Below are positions 12,417 to 26,445 of a stretch of DNA of 64,000 nt, piece after piece. Position 1 is the stretch's first letter, and the number at the start of each line of letters is the position of its first letter. Origin of the DNA: Paraspadella gotoi (taxonomy: Eukaryota > Animalia > Chaetognatha); assembly GCA_051294375.1 (NCBI GenBank), contig CM119270.1, forward strand, positions 133,353 to 197,352, given 5' to 3'. The notes below the pieces were generated by a model, which searched no databases, was not told the DNA's origin, and was given only the letters and a program-made list of their open reading frames with translations. Both the position numbers and the translations under genes were made by a program.

Positions 12417-13169
12417 CAGCCTCATTATCGGTTGAAGCAAAGAACAATTTAATGCAGTAGAACTTTTTGTGGCAAAATTGTACAAACGATCAGAAAGTTT
12501 TTTGTTTTTTTAAGAAAATACTTTTTACCTTAACATTTTAAAACGATGATTTTATAGTATATTTAATCAATACTACTAAGCTCTATCAAAAACTTTTAAA
12601 TTTCTGGTTTATGTTATGCTTTATATTTTGCGTTAATACTTTTTTGTTTTATATATTTTTTTTATAAATTCGTTTTTAATTAAATTTGTGTTAAAATAAA
12701 GTAAAAACATATTTTTATTACTTCTCTTTATGAAAAATACAAATAGTTAACAAATTAATAGTTTTTAATGGTTAACCGTTAAAATATTGCATTTTTCATC
12801 GATTAAAATTTTGAAAATGAATCGTTTTTTTAATCCCTAAAACAGATAGAGATGTCGTGTTGTAATTGTTATTGTTATTTTCGTGGTTCTTACTGGTGTT
12901 GTTGCTGATGCTGGTGCTGTTGTTTCAGTTGTCTTTGATGTTGTTGTTTCTGTTTTAGTTGTTTTCGGTTGAAGTGATAAACACCTGATGCAAAGAGACA
13001 CGAGCCGCAGAAAAAAGGATGACTGGAGTCAATGGAAAGTGGAGCGAAAGACTGGCAGATGGAACAGAAAATGGCAATGGGGTGAATGTATGGCATTCAG
13101 AAGATAAAATAGCAATGTAGCCAATGACCCGCGACAAAGATGCATTCACGTTGGTGGTCAGAAAGGAAT

Positions 13170-13292
13170 ATTGTGGTTAAGGGCAAGGTTGGTTTTTGTT
13201 AAAGGCAAAGATCATTGTGGTTAAGGGCAAAGATAACTGTGGTTAAGAGCAAAGCGCATTGTGGTTCAGGGCAAAGATAACTGTGGTTAAGC
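13170..13292. repeat. ~22-bp tandem repeat (tgtggttaagggcaaagataac), about 5 copies
   Basis: Direct reading. Confidence 0.85.
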
Positions 13293-13475
13293 TTAGGAAA
13301 GTGAAGGATTAAATTGTAAATGATGGGGAACATTGTAACTTGAATTAAAAATTACAATAACTTCATTTTACATTTTAGGTACCAACCCAAACATAAACTA
13401 ACTTGAATAATAGTTAAAGGAAGGAGAAGAGACAATTGTAAAGAAAAACTGGAAATGGCATAAGAAAGATGAGGT

Positions 13476-13509
<34 letters not shown>

Positions 13510-13534
13510 NNNNNNNNNNNNNNNNNNNNNNNNN

Positions 13535-14516
13535 TCTCTCTTCTCTTCTCTCTTTCTTCTCTCTTCTCTCTCTCTTCTCTCTCCTCCTCTCTCTATCTCT
13601 CATTCCTCCTTCTCTCTCTCTGCCCATCCTCATCTCAATTTAATACATCTTCCATTCCATTTTCGACAATTTCTGCTTCTCTTATTATTTCTTTCTCTCA
13701 TTTTTACGTCAAAACCATTTTGTCCAGGTTGTTACCTTTCTGTGTTGTAGCGTCTCCTCGTCTCGGTCGTCGTCTCTTTAATATCTCTACGGGTCGTAAT
13801 AGGTCCGATGAAATCACACCTTTAATGTTTTTTTTCTTAATTCAGGTTTAATAGTGAAGCTTTTGGAGAGAATCTTCAGAATTATCGTCGTCGTTTTGTG
13901 GTCGTGTCATCGCATCGTCATTTCAATCATCCGGTCTTTTTCTGTCGTCTCCGTAGCGTCTCTCGCGTCAATTATCATCGCCGTTCGTTTTGTTTGTATT
14001 CGTAGTAAACTCTTGTTCATTCTTACGATTTCTCTCCATTTGGTTTAAACGACGATGAACGTAACAGTTTTAACACGAAAAAGAACAAAAAAAATAGGTA
14101 AACTTCTTAATATTATCGAGACTTTGTTCTAAAAATGGAAAAAAAGATATTATAGCCACTTAGTTGGATTAAAGCAAATAAATGTATTGTTAAGGTTATT
14201 ATCTTATAAGGAAAACATCTCCCCGACTACCCATACAATAGTGAATCCAGTTTTAATATTATTGAACGGAGACGCAATATCCTTAACGATTTAAATAATA
14301 CAAAAACGTTAACATTTTTTTTCTTCATTTTAATTAAATGAGTTTTTATTTTTCTTTCTTACTTCAATTTAATTTTAAGTTTAAAATATTGACATTTGTT
14401 TTTTATTTCTTTTACCGATCTGCTTTACACAGTCTCTCTTTAATTTAATAAACATTAATTAATTAATGACTATAAATTAATTAACTTGGAAATTGGGATT
14501 AATTACCCTAAGGACC

Positions 14517-14548
<32 letters not shown>

Positions 14549-14559
14549 TCCTCTCTCTA

Positions 14560-14593
<34 letters not shown>

Positions 14594-17500
14594 CTTCTCT
14601 CTGGTCTCTCTTTTTTCAATCTTTTTGTATAAAATAAAAAATATTTAGATAAAAAAATATTTAGAAATCAATTTCTCACAATCAGATAAGAACGAAGGAC
14701 GGACGCGACACGACATGAACCGACGACAGACACACAACACGGAAAAAAAGGCAAGTTCTTTCCTTTCTTTATTTTTTTTATTTAGTATAGGTAAATAATT
14801 TATAATGACTGTTTATGAAACAAACTTAATCTCGACAGACGAGAGCTGTCAACAATCTTTAACATCAAACAAAAAAAGGACAACACGGACAGACGACTAC
14901 GGCGGAATGACCGACTACAGAAAGACGACGACGACGGACGACGACGACTTATAGTTTAGAACCTGACTTTCCGTTTAAGTCAAGAACAACCGATCATCAG
15001 AATGGATGATATTATGGATGATATTGATGATGATGAATGGAATGGATGGATGGATGGATGGATGGAGATGGATGAGATAATTGGTTACGATGATTTATGA
15101 GTTATGATAGATGATGGATGGATGAAGGATGGAAGGATGATATGGTTATGATGATGATGGATAATGATGTTGTTATAAATGATGAATGATGGAATTGATG
15201 ATGATGATGAGATGAATGGATGGATGATGGTGATGATGGGATATGAATGGGATGATGATAGGGTAAAAGGAAAGAAAAACAAAAAACAAAAATCAATGAA
15301 ATGATCGACGAAAAAAGTAGTCAGACATCATGCATATCGATGAAGCAACATAAAGAATCATCATAGATGATGAAGACCTTAACCACACACCTGGTCCAAA
15401 GTCAGCAAGATAGTTTATTTATTAATAATGATGATTTTATATTGTACTGTACCACGAATACACTTATTAGATATGAACTTTCTCTAGATACTTAAAAATA
15501 TTAAACTCTTTAACAAATAAATCAACTAAATCAATATGTCCGGTCAGACTAGATTGCTGAGCGTGCCTCATAATACTCGGCGATCTCGAACTCCTAGGAC
15601 TACAAATAGCGTGTTGTTAAACGCAACCTGTTAATAAGTGATACAAATGCAGCAACTATTCACTGAATAGATGGCACCAGGTTATCTCAACATATATTTT
15701 ATGTATTTCGGTTATTCCTTTTATTTTGGTCTTCTCTTCAGTGGGATTGGTGCTGGGCCTTGGTGGCAGAAAGGCAACTGGAATATTCTATATGGGCTTT
15801 GGATTATTTTATTAAGGTCTGTTTTATAATTACCCAAAAATTGGGTTTAGAGACGTTTTATTAAATAAAACAATTTAATTAACTGATTGTGCGACGTCAG
15901 GGACGTCAGCGTCAACGTCTCCGTTTCATCAACGCCATCCTATTCAGCTGACGCTCGTGCGCCCGCCACAGGTATCTAATTTCAATGAGCGCAAAAAGCG
16001 ATCGAGTCAAATTATTTGTCAAATGGCCCAACCTGCAAGAAATTGAGCGCGTGACTCAATGCTAATGTCTTTTAATCAGTCGCCATGTCATGAGCAGGGT
16101 CAGCCAATGAGATGCAATGCAATGCAAGGATGACTTCATTCTCGTCACCAAAGGACGACTCCGTAACCAATCTTAGCTTTGCTGAATGTTAACAAGCAGA
16201 CTCTAACATCTATGATTGATTAAAAAAATTTTGACAAATAAATTGGTTCCAGTTAAAATTTCTCTTTTAATAATTTTAAAGTGATGTGTTTTTCATACGT
16301 TTCTTAGTCGAAAACTTTAACATTTTTGGAAATAATGAGCAGTACATCACGAATGACAGTGACGCAATGACAGTGCACGCAAATGCGGTGCAGACACTTC
16401 AACCCAAAAATCCTTTCTTGGTAAATAGCGGTAGAAAAAAAAATACTCATGAAATTTGTAAAGGAAAATGAGCAAGGCCTAGAATTATTTTGAATGCTCG
16501 GACAGTTGTTAACTTAATTTCAAAACATCTTTTTTCTCTCAGAAACTAAAAAAGATCTCGAACTTTTTTGTCGAGTTTTTTGATAAAATGGAAAGAAAAA
16601 TGAATAATGAATCTTAATTTTAGAAAGATGTTTCGTTTTCCATTTGACCGACGTCAATTTAAAAACGTGTTTTTTTCATGAGAGAGAGAAAAACGTTAAA
16701 TAATTTCCAGTAGTAAAAGAGAGAGAGAGAAGACACAACCTGTACAATTTTTTTCCCCAACCGGTAGTGTAAGGAATTGAGAAAATTCTGGACGAAAAAT
16801 TATGATGCAAAATTTCTATTTGATTTTGAAGTTTTCCTATTTTTTAAATTTTTAATTTTCCCATCTCTGATCTTCGTTTTTTCATTTTATCTTTTAATTA
16901 GCGGCTTTTTTTTAAGTTTTACGGTTGACAAAACAGACGAAAAAACATTGACAAACAGACAACCACATCTCTTCATTTCTTATTTCTTTTATCTTCACTT
17001 TTCCATTCTTTTTGTTTTTTCTTTTTCTTTACTTTTCTTTTCTTTTCTTTTCTTTTCTTTTCTTTCTTTTCTTTTCTTTTTCTTTTCTTTCTTTTCTTTT
17101 CTTTTCTAATTCTATTTCTATTCTATTCCATTTCCGAAACTTTATGTTCCAATCACATTATTTGCTCAATTTAAACTCTTAACTTCCCGCTCAGTTAGAG
17201 ATCGAGGTCGAGTCCCATAACAGATCTGGGTTCGAGTCTCATCCAGATCTGGGTTCGAGTCCTTTCAGATCTGGGTTCGAGTTCCATCCAGATCTGGGTT
17301 TTCAAGTCCCATCCCAGCTGGGGTTTTAATTCCCATCGCAGCATTTGGGTTTCGAGTCCCATCCAGATCTGGGTTCGAGTTCGATGCCAGGACATCTGGG
17401 TTTAAATCCCATCTAGATCTTGCTTCGAGTCCCATCCAGAACTGGAGTTCGAGTCCTATCCTATCTAAGGTTTCTTATCTAAAAGAGCAACTTTAACTCG

Positions 17501-18997
17501 GCAACAAACTCACGCACGATTCATCCTCGTTTTCGATCCCGTCAGACCTTTTGGAGCCGTCGTCGTCGTCGATCTTCGGTCGTCGTCTTCGTGTCCGTCG
17601 TGTCTTCTTTCAGTCATCATTGGGAACATCCTTTTCATTACATTACGGTCCATCGTTCAGACTAAATTGGTTTAGTTATTTGAATATTTCCAAGGTCCAA
17701 ACCTCAATGTCATCATGTCATGTCAATTTCATCAACATTGTGTCATAGAGTTTTCCTTCCTCATCGTCTTGATCGTTACATGATATTTCGGTCATGTCAT
17801 TGTGGTCGGTCGTGTCGTCTCATCAGTCGGTCGTCGTCGTCGGTCGTCGTCGTCCTCTCTCTTTCCATCGCGTTTATCCGCCGGGCCATTCTCCTCGTCC
17901 GTCGTCATCGTCGGTCGTCATCGTCGACGTTCAAGTCGTCGTTGCTAAGAGACGGACGCGGCAAATGCCCCACGCGCGCAAGAATTTTGAGCAGAATTTT
18001 TTTGTATTTTTGTTTCTTTTGTGCTGAAAAAGAAAAAGAACTTTTTTTAATATTTTTTTTGTTTAAATTTGTTAGTCTTATCTTTTATCCTCTCTGCTCC
18101 CTCTCTCTCTCCCATCAGGCTTGTTCTTCGTTCTCCTCTCTCTTTTCTCTCTTCTCTCTCTCTCTCTCTCTCATCCATTTCTCCCTCTCGTCTCCTCTCG
18201 CTCTCCTCCTGTTGTCCTAAAACAAACGAACCTTAAATTCCAGCATTTTTCGGCGTCACGCGGAAAATCATGTTACTGAGAAAATCTACTATTATACTTC
18301 CTGTAGCAAATGCGCCGTGGCGTCTTGCTTTTGGGATTACCCTTATCAGCGTGTTTATGTGATAAACTTGAAGCTGAGTCACAATGTTAAAGCAGACCAA
18401 AGGTTTATGTGGCGTTTTTCTCTCCGAGATAGATTTTTTAAACAATTTTTGTTTGTGTTGTCATCTTTGTTGTTGTCATCTTTCACTTTGTTTCTTTGTT
18501 CGTTGTTTATGGTTGTTCATCTTTGCCTGTTGTCACTTTTGCCCGTTAGTCATCTTTTGCATGTTGCGATCTTCATGTTAAAACAATCAGAGCGCAATCA
18601 AATTAAAAATCGTTTATTATCGTCATCATAATTAAACGCAATCAAGAAACAATCAAGCAACTCTCCACCAATGTAACGCAAATGTTAACAAATAGAGCGG
18701 AAACGAAATACATCGGGCGATTAATTTAAGAATTTAAATGTCGAAATCTTTTTGACGAGAAGCTAACTATCGAAGGAATAAAGCATGAGTAAAGCAGGAA
18801 TTAAAGCAAAGTTTAAATCTCGAAAGAAATTAAAGCATGAGTGTCACCATGTTGCCATGGAACAGGGAAAAGAGAATGCATGGAAAATGAAACATTTTAA
18901 TCCTGATGCCCTTTATTCGCTTTCCAGCCTGCATTATCGGTTATTATGTAGTAATTATTATTATTATCATCATTATTATATTATATTATATTATTAA

Positions 18998-19050
<53 letters not shown>

Positions 19051-20152
19051 TATTATGTATCAGCCTGCATTATCGTTGAAGAAGAATCAATTTAATGCAG
19101 TAGAAACTTTTTGTGGCAAAATTGTCAAACGATTCAGAAAGTTTTTTGTTTTTTTAAGAAAATACTTTTTACCTTAACATTTTAAAACGATGATTTTATA
19201 GTATATTTAATCAATACTACTAAGCTCTTATCAAACTTTTAAATTTCTGGTTTATGTTATGCTTTATATTTTGCGTTAATACTTTTTGGTTTTATATATT
19301 TTTTTTTTATAAATATCGTTTTTAATTAATTTGTGTTAAACCTAAAAGTAAAACACATATTTTATTAACTTGCTCTTATGAAAATACAAATAGTTAACAA
19401 ATTAATAGATTTTAATGGTTACGTTGAAAAAATTGCATTTTTCATGCGGATTAAAATTTTGAAATAATCGTTTTTTTAATCCTAAAGACAGATAGAGATG
19501 GTCGTGTTGTAATTGGTTATTGTTATTTTCCGTGTTCTTACTGGTGTTGTTGCTGACTGCTGGTGCTGTTGTTTCAGTTTGTCTTTGATGTTTGTTGTTT
19601 CCTGTTTTTAGTTGTTTCGGTTGAAGTGATAAAACACCTGACGCAAAGAGAACACCGAGCGCAGAAAAAAGGATGACATGGAGTCAATGGAAAGTGGAGC
19701 GAAAGACGGCAGAGGACCAGAAGAATGGCAATGGGGTGAAAGTATGTGCATTCAGAAGAATAAACAATAGACAAATGAGCCATGGACCGACGCGACAACA
19801 GAGTGCATTCACGTGGTGCAGAAAGGAATATTGTGGTAAGGGCAAGGTTGGTTGTTTGTTGAAAGAGCAAAAGATCATTCGTGGTTAAGTATAAGGCAAG
19901 ATAACTGTGGTTAAGAGCAAAGCCCATTGTGGTTCAGGGCAAAGATAACTGTGGTTTAAGCCTTAGGAAAGTGAACGGATTAAATTGTAAATGATGGGTG
20001 AACATTGGATAAACTTGAATTAAAAATTACAATAACTCATTTTTACATTTTGGTACGCGAACGCAACATAAACTAACTTGAATAATAGTTAAAGGAAGGA
20101 GAAGAGACATTGTAAAGAAAACTGGAAATGGCGATAAGAAAGATAGGTGTTA

Positions 20153-20200
<48 letters not shown>
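13535..20200 (+). other. Error-rich duplicate of ~6780-13510 after an N-gap; probable raw long-read gap fill or second haplotype
   Basis: Colinear throughout (B-box array, bZIP cluster, (ATT)n, 22-bp repeat) with pervasive 1-nt indels; frequent loss of G in the first ~2 kb. Confidence 0.88.
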
Positions 20201-20201
<1 letters not shown>

Positions 20202-20471
20202 GAGAAAGAGAGAGAGAGAAAGAAAAAGAGAGAGAGAGAGTGAAAATAAAGAAAGAAAAGATAGAGAAAGAAAGAAGAAAGAAAAAACCAAAGAAACAAA
20301 CAAAGAAAAAAAGAAAAGAAACAAACAAACAAAGAAACAATACAAAAGAAAAACAAACAAACAAAAAAACAACAACGAAACAAGAAAGGAAGAGAGAGAG
20401 TAGAGAGAGGAGGAAGAGAGAGAGAGGAGAGGAGGAGAGAGAGAGGAAGAGAAAGGAACACCAGAGAGAGT

Positions 20472-20528
<57 letters not shown>

Positions 20529-21759
20529 TGCCATAAATTTCCAAGCTCCTCTCGTCCCGCCTTGGAGAAAGCCGCGCGACCGAAAACGACCGGAAGTGGG
20601 CGTTGATGGATGAACGTCGTCGTCGTCGTCGTCGTCGTCTCGTAGTAATAGTGGTTGTCGTCGTCGTCGTCGTTGTTGTTGTCGTTTTAATAGTAATAGT
20701 TGTCATCATCGTTGTCATCATTCAAGTTACAATAGACATCGTTGTCATTATTTTTGTCATCCTCGCTGTCGCTGTCGTAATAGTCCTAATTGTCGTCAAA
20801 GTCATTCTCTTTGTTTTAATACTAATAGTTGTCATCATAGTCGTCATCGTTGTTGTCGCTATCTTCGGCATCGTCATCATTTTTCGTCGCTGTCATTATT
20901 TTTATCGTCGTCGTCGTCGTCGTCGTCGTTGTTATCTCCGCCATTTTCAGTTAACCTTTTCGTTTTTCTTTTTCTCTCGCGAATTTCTTATCCTTGTTGT
21001 TGTTGTTGCTGTTGTTGTTGTTGTTTTTGGCGTAAATCTTTGTTTTTATTCATTTTCCATTTTCCTAATTTTAATACTATTAATCGAAATGATTTAAGAT
21101 TTATAATTATTATTTTTCTTTTCGAGTTATGTTCAATGTGTTATTTACAATGTTATTTACAATGTCATTCTTGCATCTGTCATTGAGAACATATATTTTC
21201 AGGGTTGTCGTCGTCTTCTTAATTTCTTCGTCTTCATCGTCGTCGTTGTCGTCTTCATCGTCGTGGTTGTCGTCTTCATCGTCGTCGTCTTCATCGTCGT
21301 CGTTGTCGTCTTCATCGTCGTCCTCATCGTCGTCGTCCTCGTCGTCGTCAAGAGTTTCACTCATTCGTCCTCATTTAGGTTTTCGTTGTTGTTGTTGTTG
21401 TTGTTGTTTTAGTAATTGTAGTAATTTTTTTAAAAATAATTTTTTTTTAGATTATTAGCCTTTTTCAGGCAAATCCTATGTCAATGTAATAAACCCCAAA
21501 ACTATTTCGAGGCCATTTCACTGTTAAACACTTTTGCACACTGTAACACGCTTTTACACTATTTTGCACATTTACACATCAAACCTTTGGAAAATAAACT
21601 TTTTGTCTCTCGGACGATATGGACCAGTTTTTATCTTGTATCTTTGTTTTGACCCATTGTGACCTTGCGTGACCTCGGATGACCTCGAATGACCTCTAAT
21701 GACCTTTCTAACCCAATATACCGCTCTTTCTGCCACTCTCGACCACTCTCAACCACTCT

Positions 21760-22037
21760 CCATCCACTCGAAACCAGTGGCCACCCGTCGTGAACCAAAC
21801 TCGAGAATCGAATCTTCGAATCGACTCCATTCCACTTAACTGCCTCGTTAACGCGGCGAGGTGCCAGTTGAGACCACTATGCCGAAAAGGAGAAAGCCTA
21901 CGATCACTGTGCCGTGCTGAAATGGATGATATCTCTCTGCTATGCAGGACTGTATTAATTACTGTGCCGCCGACAATCACTAATTGTGATTCACTATGCG
22001 GCACGGGGCTGCCTTAAAGGACTGAGCCACTTGGGCT
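21760..22037 (-). mobile_element. Possible third SINE-like or structured element
   Basis: GC-balanced complex island between simple repeats. Minus strand starts gcccaagtggctcagtcctttaaggca (tRNA D-arm/A-box-like). Hairpins gtgccgc...gcggcac and cctcg...cgagg. Single copy in the window and no clear B-box. Confidence 0.35.
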
Positions 22038-22374
22038 ATGATGACTGAAGAACGTTTACGTAGAGTAAGGTCTCCCTCCTCTTCCTTCTCCTCCTTCTTC
22101 TCTTCTTCCTTCTCCTCATTCTTCTCCTCTTCCTTCTCCTGCTCCTCTTTCTTCTCCTTCTTCTTGTCCTTTTCCTTATCCTCCTCCTCTTTCTTCTCCT
22201 CCTTCTCCTCTTCCTCTTCCTCCTCCTCCTCTTCCTCATCCTTCTCCTCCCTTGCCTCGATTAACCATTAATTATTGTTCACCCTCTTTTAATTATCTAT
22301 AATTTTTAAATTTAATTTTGCAACAACCTTTTCCTTCAATTAGTTTAGCTTCGTTTCAAGTTTATAGTATTATA

Positions 22375-22455
22375 GACCTGACGAGACCTGATGAGACCTG
22401 ACAAGACCTGACGAGGCATGACAAGACCTGACGAGACCTGACGAGACCTGACGGG
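22375..22455. repeat. 10-bp tandem repeat (gacctgacga)n
   Basis: Direct reading. Confidence 0.9.
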
Positions 22456-22544
22456 AGTGAATCCTCACGAGGAATCCAAATGGCGATTATACCTTTTCGC
22501 TCCAATTATTGACCACTGTTACATCTCTCTCTCTTTCTATCTCA

Positions 22545-22590
<46 letters not shown>

Positions 22591-22791
22591 ATCATGAGGC
22601 GCTTGCATTGTCGCCTTGACTTTGTTATGAATTTTTCCCCTTTAGACCCGCGATGAAAGAGAGAATCGTCCTCTCTTCTCTCTCTCCTCTGCTCAGTCTC
22701 TCTCCTCATCCTGGCCTCTCCTCGCCTCTCAGGTCGATGGAGGTGGAGCCGTCCTTTGTTCGTTTATCTTTCCTCTGCGGTTTTAAGCGAA

Positions 22792-23296
22792 GAAGAAGCG
22801 ACGCAAGTTGGGGAACAAGCGACGCAAGTTGTGGAAGAAGCAACGCAAGTTGTGGAAGAAGCAACGCAAGTTGTGGAAGAAGCAACGCAAGTTGTGGAAG
22901 AAGCGACACAAGTTGTTGAAGAAGCAACGCAAGTTGTGGAAGAAGCGACCCAAGTTGTAAAAGAAACGACGGAAGTTGTGGAAGAAGCAATGCAAGTTGT
23001 GGAGGAAGCGACCCAAGTTGTGGAAGAAACGACGCAAGTTGTGAAAGAAGCGACGCAAGTTGTGGAAAAGGTGACGCAAGTTGTGGCCGAAGCGACGCAA
23101 GTTGTGGAAGAAGCGAAGCAAGTTGTGGAAGAAGCGACGCAAGTTGTGGAGAAAGCGATGCAAGTTGTGGAAGAAGCAACGCAAGTTGTGAAAGAAGCGA
23201 CCCAAGTTGTGGAAGAAACGACGCAAGTTGTGGAAGAAGCGACGCAAGTTGTGGAAAAGTCGACGCAAGTTGTGGAAGAAGCGACGCAAGTTGTGG
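22792..23296 (+). repeat. 21-bp minisatellite (gaagaagcgacgcaagttgtg) x~24; reads as (EEATQVV)n, coding status uncertain
   Basis: Direct reading; no indels between units. A candidate cag acceptor at 22730-22732 would be in frame as phase 1. Confidence 0.9.
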
Positions 23297-24311
23297 GAAC
23301 CAGAATGAAAATGAAAAATAAGGAAAAAGGAAAAGTGAAAAAAAGAAAAAAGAAAGAATGAAAAAAAAGAAAAGAATCTGCCCCAACTCTCACTATTGAA
23401 TTATAATTTAACAATGTTAACAATATTACTTAAAATTTGGTAAGAAAATAGAAAATATTGCGTTTATAATATTTACTAATAGGAATATAAACGTTGTCTT
23501 ACATGAAATATAAGTTTGAAATTTTTTTCTTTCATTATTTTTTATTTTATTTTTTTCATTTTTGTATCAAATCTAAAGTTTTTTTTTCTAAGATAGGAAA
23601 AGCTTTTCACACGAGTTTCATTTACTGTTTGTTTAAGTAAATTTACTCTCATGATGAGAGAGAGAGAGAGAGACAGAGAGAGAGAGAGAGCCGTTTGAAA
23701 CTTTATCCATCTATCCATTATGCAAGGGCACCATTTGTGTATTTTCCCTCCAGGTGGCTCACGTATCCGTTATTCCCCAAATTCAGTTTTATTTCCCAAA
23801 ATAAAAATGAATAAAAAATGAATCGAATGAGGCGAAAATGATCGTCACACAAATATTTTTGTGTGACGATGAAAAAAAAAGATTCAAATGATTAGAAAAA
23901 TTAATACATGCTATTAGACTTGATTATGTTAAATAAGTTGAAAAAAGAAAGAGAAAAGAATTAATGGTTACTTGCATTATTAAATGAGTTTAAATAAATT
24001 TAAATAATTAAACTAAACAGTAACACGAGATAAATAATTGATAATAAATTATAGGTCTCTCAAAATAATAAAAATACTTCCAATCGTAAAGCTAAAAACC
24101 TACAATAAAATATATAAATAATAATTTTAAAACCGTATCAAAATATATGAGAATAAAATTAAAGTGCTGCAATATGTAAATGCAATTTAAGAAGTTACTT
24201 TGCTGCAATATTAAAAAGAATTAATATAATTCAAAAATTAAAGAAAGATTTAGGAGTCAACAACTGACGCAAACAACTTTATTGACGGCGGCGAATGATA
24301 AAAGCTGTGTT

Positions 24312-24444
<133 letters not shown>

Positions 24445-24549
24445 GAGAGAGAGTCAGATCGCCCCTTCTGGCGAAAAAAAGAATTTGCGATTTTCAATAG
24501 AAATAAAACTCGTTTTTCAACTCAAATTTATTCTCATCACGATTTCGTC

Positions 24550-25160
24550 TTGCCACGTTTTATTTTCTGTCACGCCTTCGTTTTGCTACGTTGTATTTTT
24601 TGTCCCTCCTTCTTTTTGCCACGTTTTATTTTCTGTCACGACTTCTTTTTGCTAAGTTTTATTTTCTGTCACGTTTTCCTTTTGCCACGTTGTATTTTTT
24701 GTCAGGCCTTCTATTTGCCACGTTTTATCTTCTTGTATTTTTTGTCACATATTTTTCCATATTTAATCTTCTGTCGCGCCTTCGTTTTGCCACGTTTTAT
24801 TTTTTGTCATGCCTTCTTTTTTCCAAGTTTTATTTTTTGTCACGCCTTCGTTTTGCCACGTTGTATGTTTTGTCACGCCTTCGTTTTGCCACGTTAAATG
24901 TTCTGTCACACCTTCTTTTTGCGATGTTTTATTTTCTGGCACGCCTACGTTTTGCCACGTTAAATGTTCTGTTACGCCTTCTTTTTGCGACATTTTATTT
25001 TCTGTCACGCCTTCGTTTTGCCACGTTGTATTTTTTGTCATTCCTTTTTTCCATGTTTTATTTTTTGTCACGCCTTCATTTTGCCACGTTTTATTTTATG
25101 TCATGCCTTCATTTTTCCACGTTAAATTTTTGGTCACGCCTTTATCTTGCCAATTTTTTG
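24550..25160. repeat. 33-bp minisatellite (tgccacgttttattttctgtcacgccttcgttt)n, about 18 copies
   Basis: Direct reading; explains the PRFIFCHAFVL-type ORFs. Confidence 0.9.
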
Positions 25161-25831
25161 TTATGTTTTTCACTCACATTTTTTCATTGATATTATTTTA
25201 AATGCAATAATTTAACTTACTTGTTTTTTCTTTTTCTCTCTTCTCCTCTTCTTTCTTCCTATTTCCTCTCTTCCTTTGTTCCTCTCTTCTCCTTTCCTCT
25301 CTTTCTCCTTTGCTCCCTTACTTACTTCCTCTCTTCATTTCTCTTTTCCTCCCTTCCTCTCTTCTCTTCTCTTTTCCTCTCTTCCTCTCTTCTCTCTTCC
25401 TCCTTTCCTCCCTTCCTCTCTTCCTCTTTTCCTCTCTTCTCCTTTCCTCCCTTCGTCTTTTCTTCTCTTCTCTTCTCTTCTTCCCAAAGAATTTTCAAAA
25501 TCTCCGAAATTCTTAAAAAGACAGTCCGGAAAAAAAAACTTTTTTCTTCTAAAAAGACAGTCTAGAAAAACTTATCCCGCATGAAAAGAGATAAATAATG
25601 GGATCCGTCTCTTCATTCATTTCAAGACGAGAAAAGTGATTGAGTCTCTCAACCTTGAGACTTTGATCGATGCCTTTATTCTGATTGGTCGGTTCCTTGA
25701 CACCTTTTGAGCTTATTGGTTGAAAACTTTAGACCAAAAACAAAAACCTGAAACTATATAATTCGTCTGAAAAAGTCAACTTTTCAAAAAAGTATTACCA
25801 GATTACCAGATGGAAATAATACCCTAACAAA

Positions 25832-26015
25832 ACTCCGTAAGTGATTGCTTGAAATCTTAACAATCCGTAAGTGATTGCTTTAAACCTTGAAACTCCGTAT
25901 GTGATTTCTCGAAACCCCGTACGTGATTGATTGTCGCCTCGAGACTTTCCATGTGATTGATCAAAACCTTAGACCCGGGATGTGATTGATTGAAGCCGAA
26001 AAACCCCGGATGTCA
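25832..26015. repeat. Degenerate ~30-bp tandem repeat (ccgtaagtgattgcttgaaaccttaaaact)
   Basis: The gtgatt core recurs six times at about 30-bp spacing. Confidence 0.7.
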
Positions 26016-26183
26016 CATAATCTCTTTTTTTTCGGTGAGAAAGAAAAAAGCTTGGTTAACGATCCAGCGAATTAAGTTGGAGAAGGAAGAGGAATTTTGG
26101 GTGCGATTAGAGTTTAGAGCAAAGTTAGTAGCTAAAAATAAATACTGTTAATTATTCGGTACAAACATACAAATTGATGTAAG

Positions 26184-26243
<60 letters not shown>

Positions 26244-26380
26244 GAGAATAGGATCTGAAAGAGCTTCAAGCACGTCCCTCTTCTTTTCTCCATCTGAAAA
26301 AAAAGCTTTTTTTGACTTCAATCTTTCCTTTACCGCATTAAGAGCATTTTCGAAGTGTTGCTTTCATGAGGAAGAGAGAG

Positions 26381-26445
<65 letters not shown>

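Noticed and set aside
13535-20200. Genuine segmental duplication or pseudogenisation
   Set aside because: Differences are dominated by single-base indels with base bias and start at a gap, the signature of uncorrected long reads.
22375-22455. ctgatga/ctgacga hammerhead core motifs
   Set aside because: Part of a 10-bp tandem repeat with no GAAA or stems.
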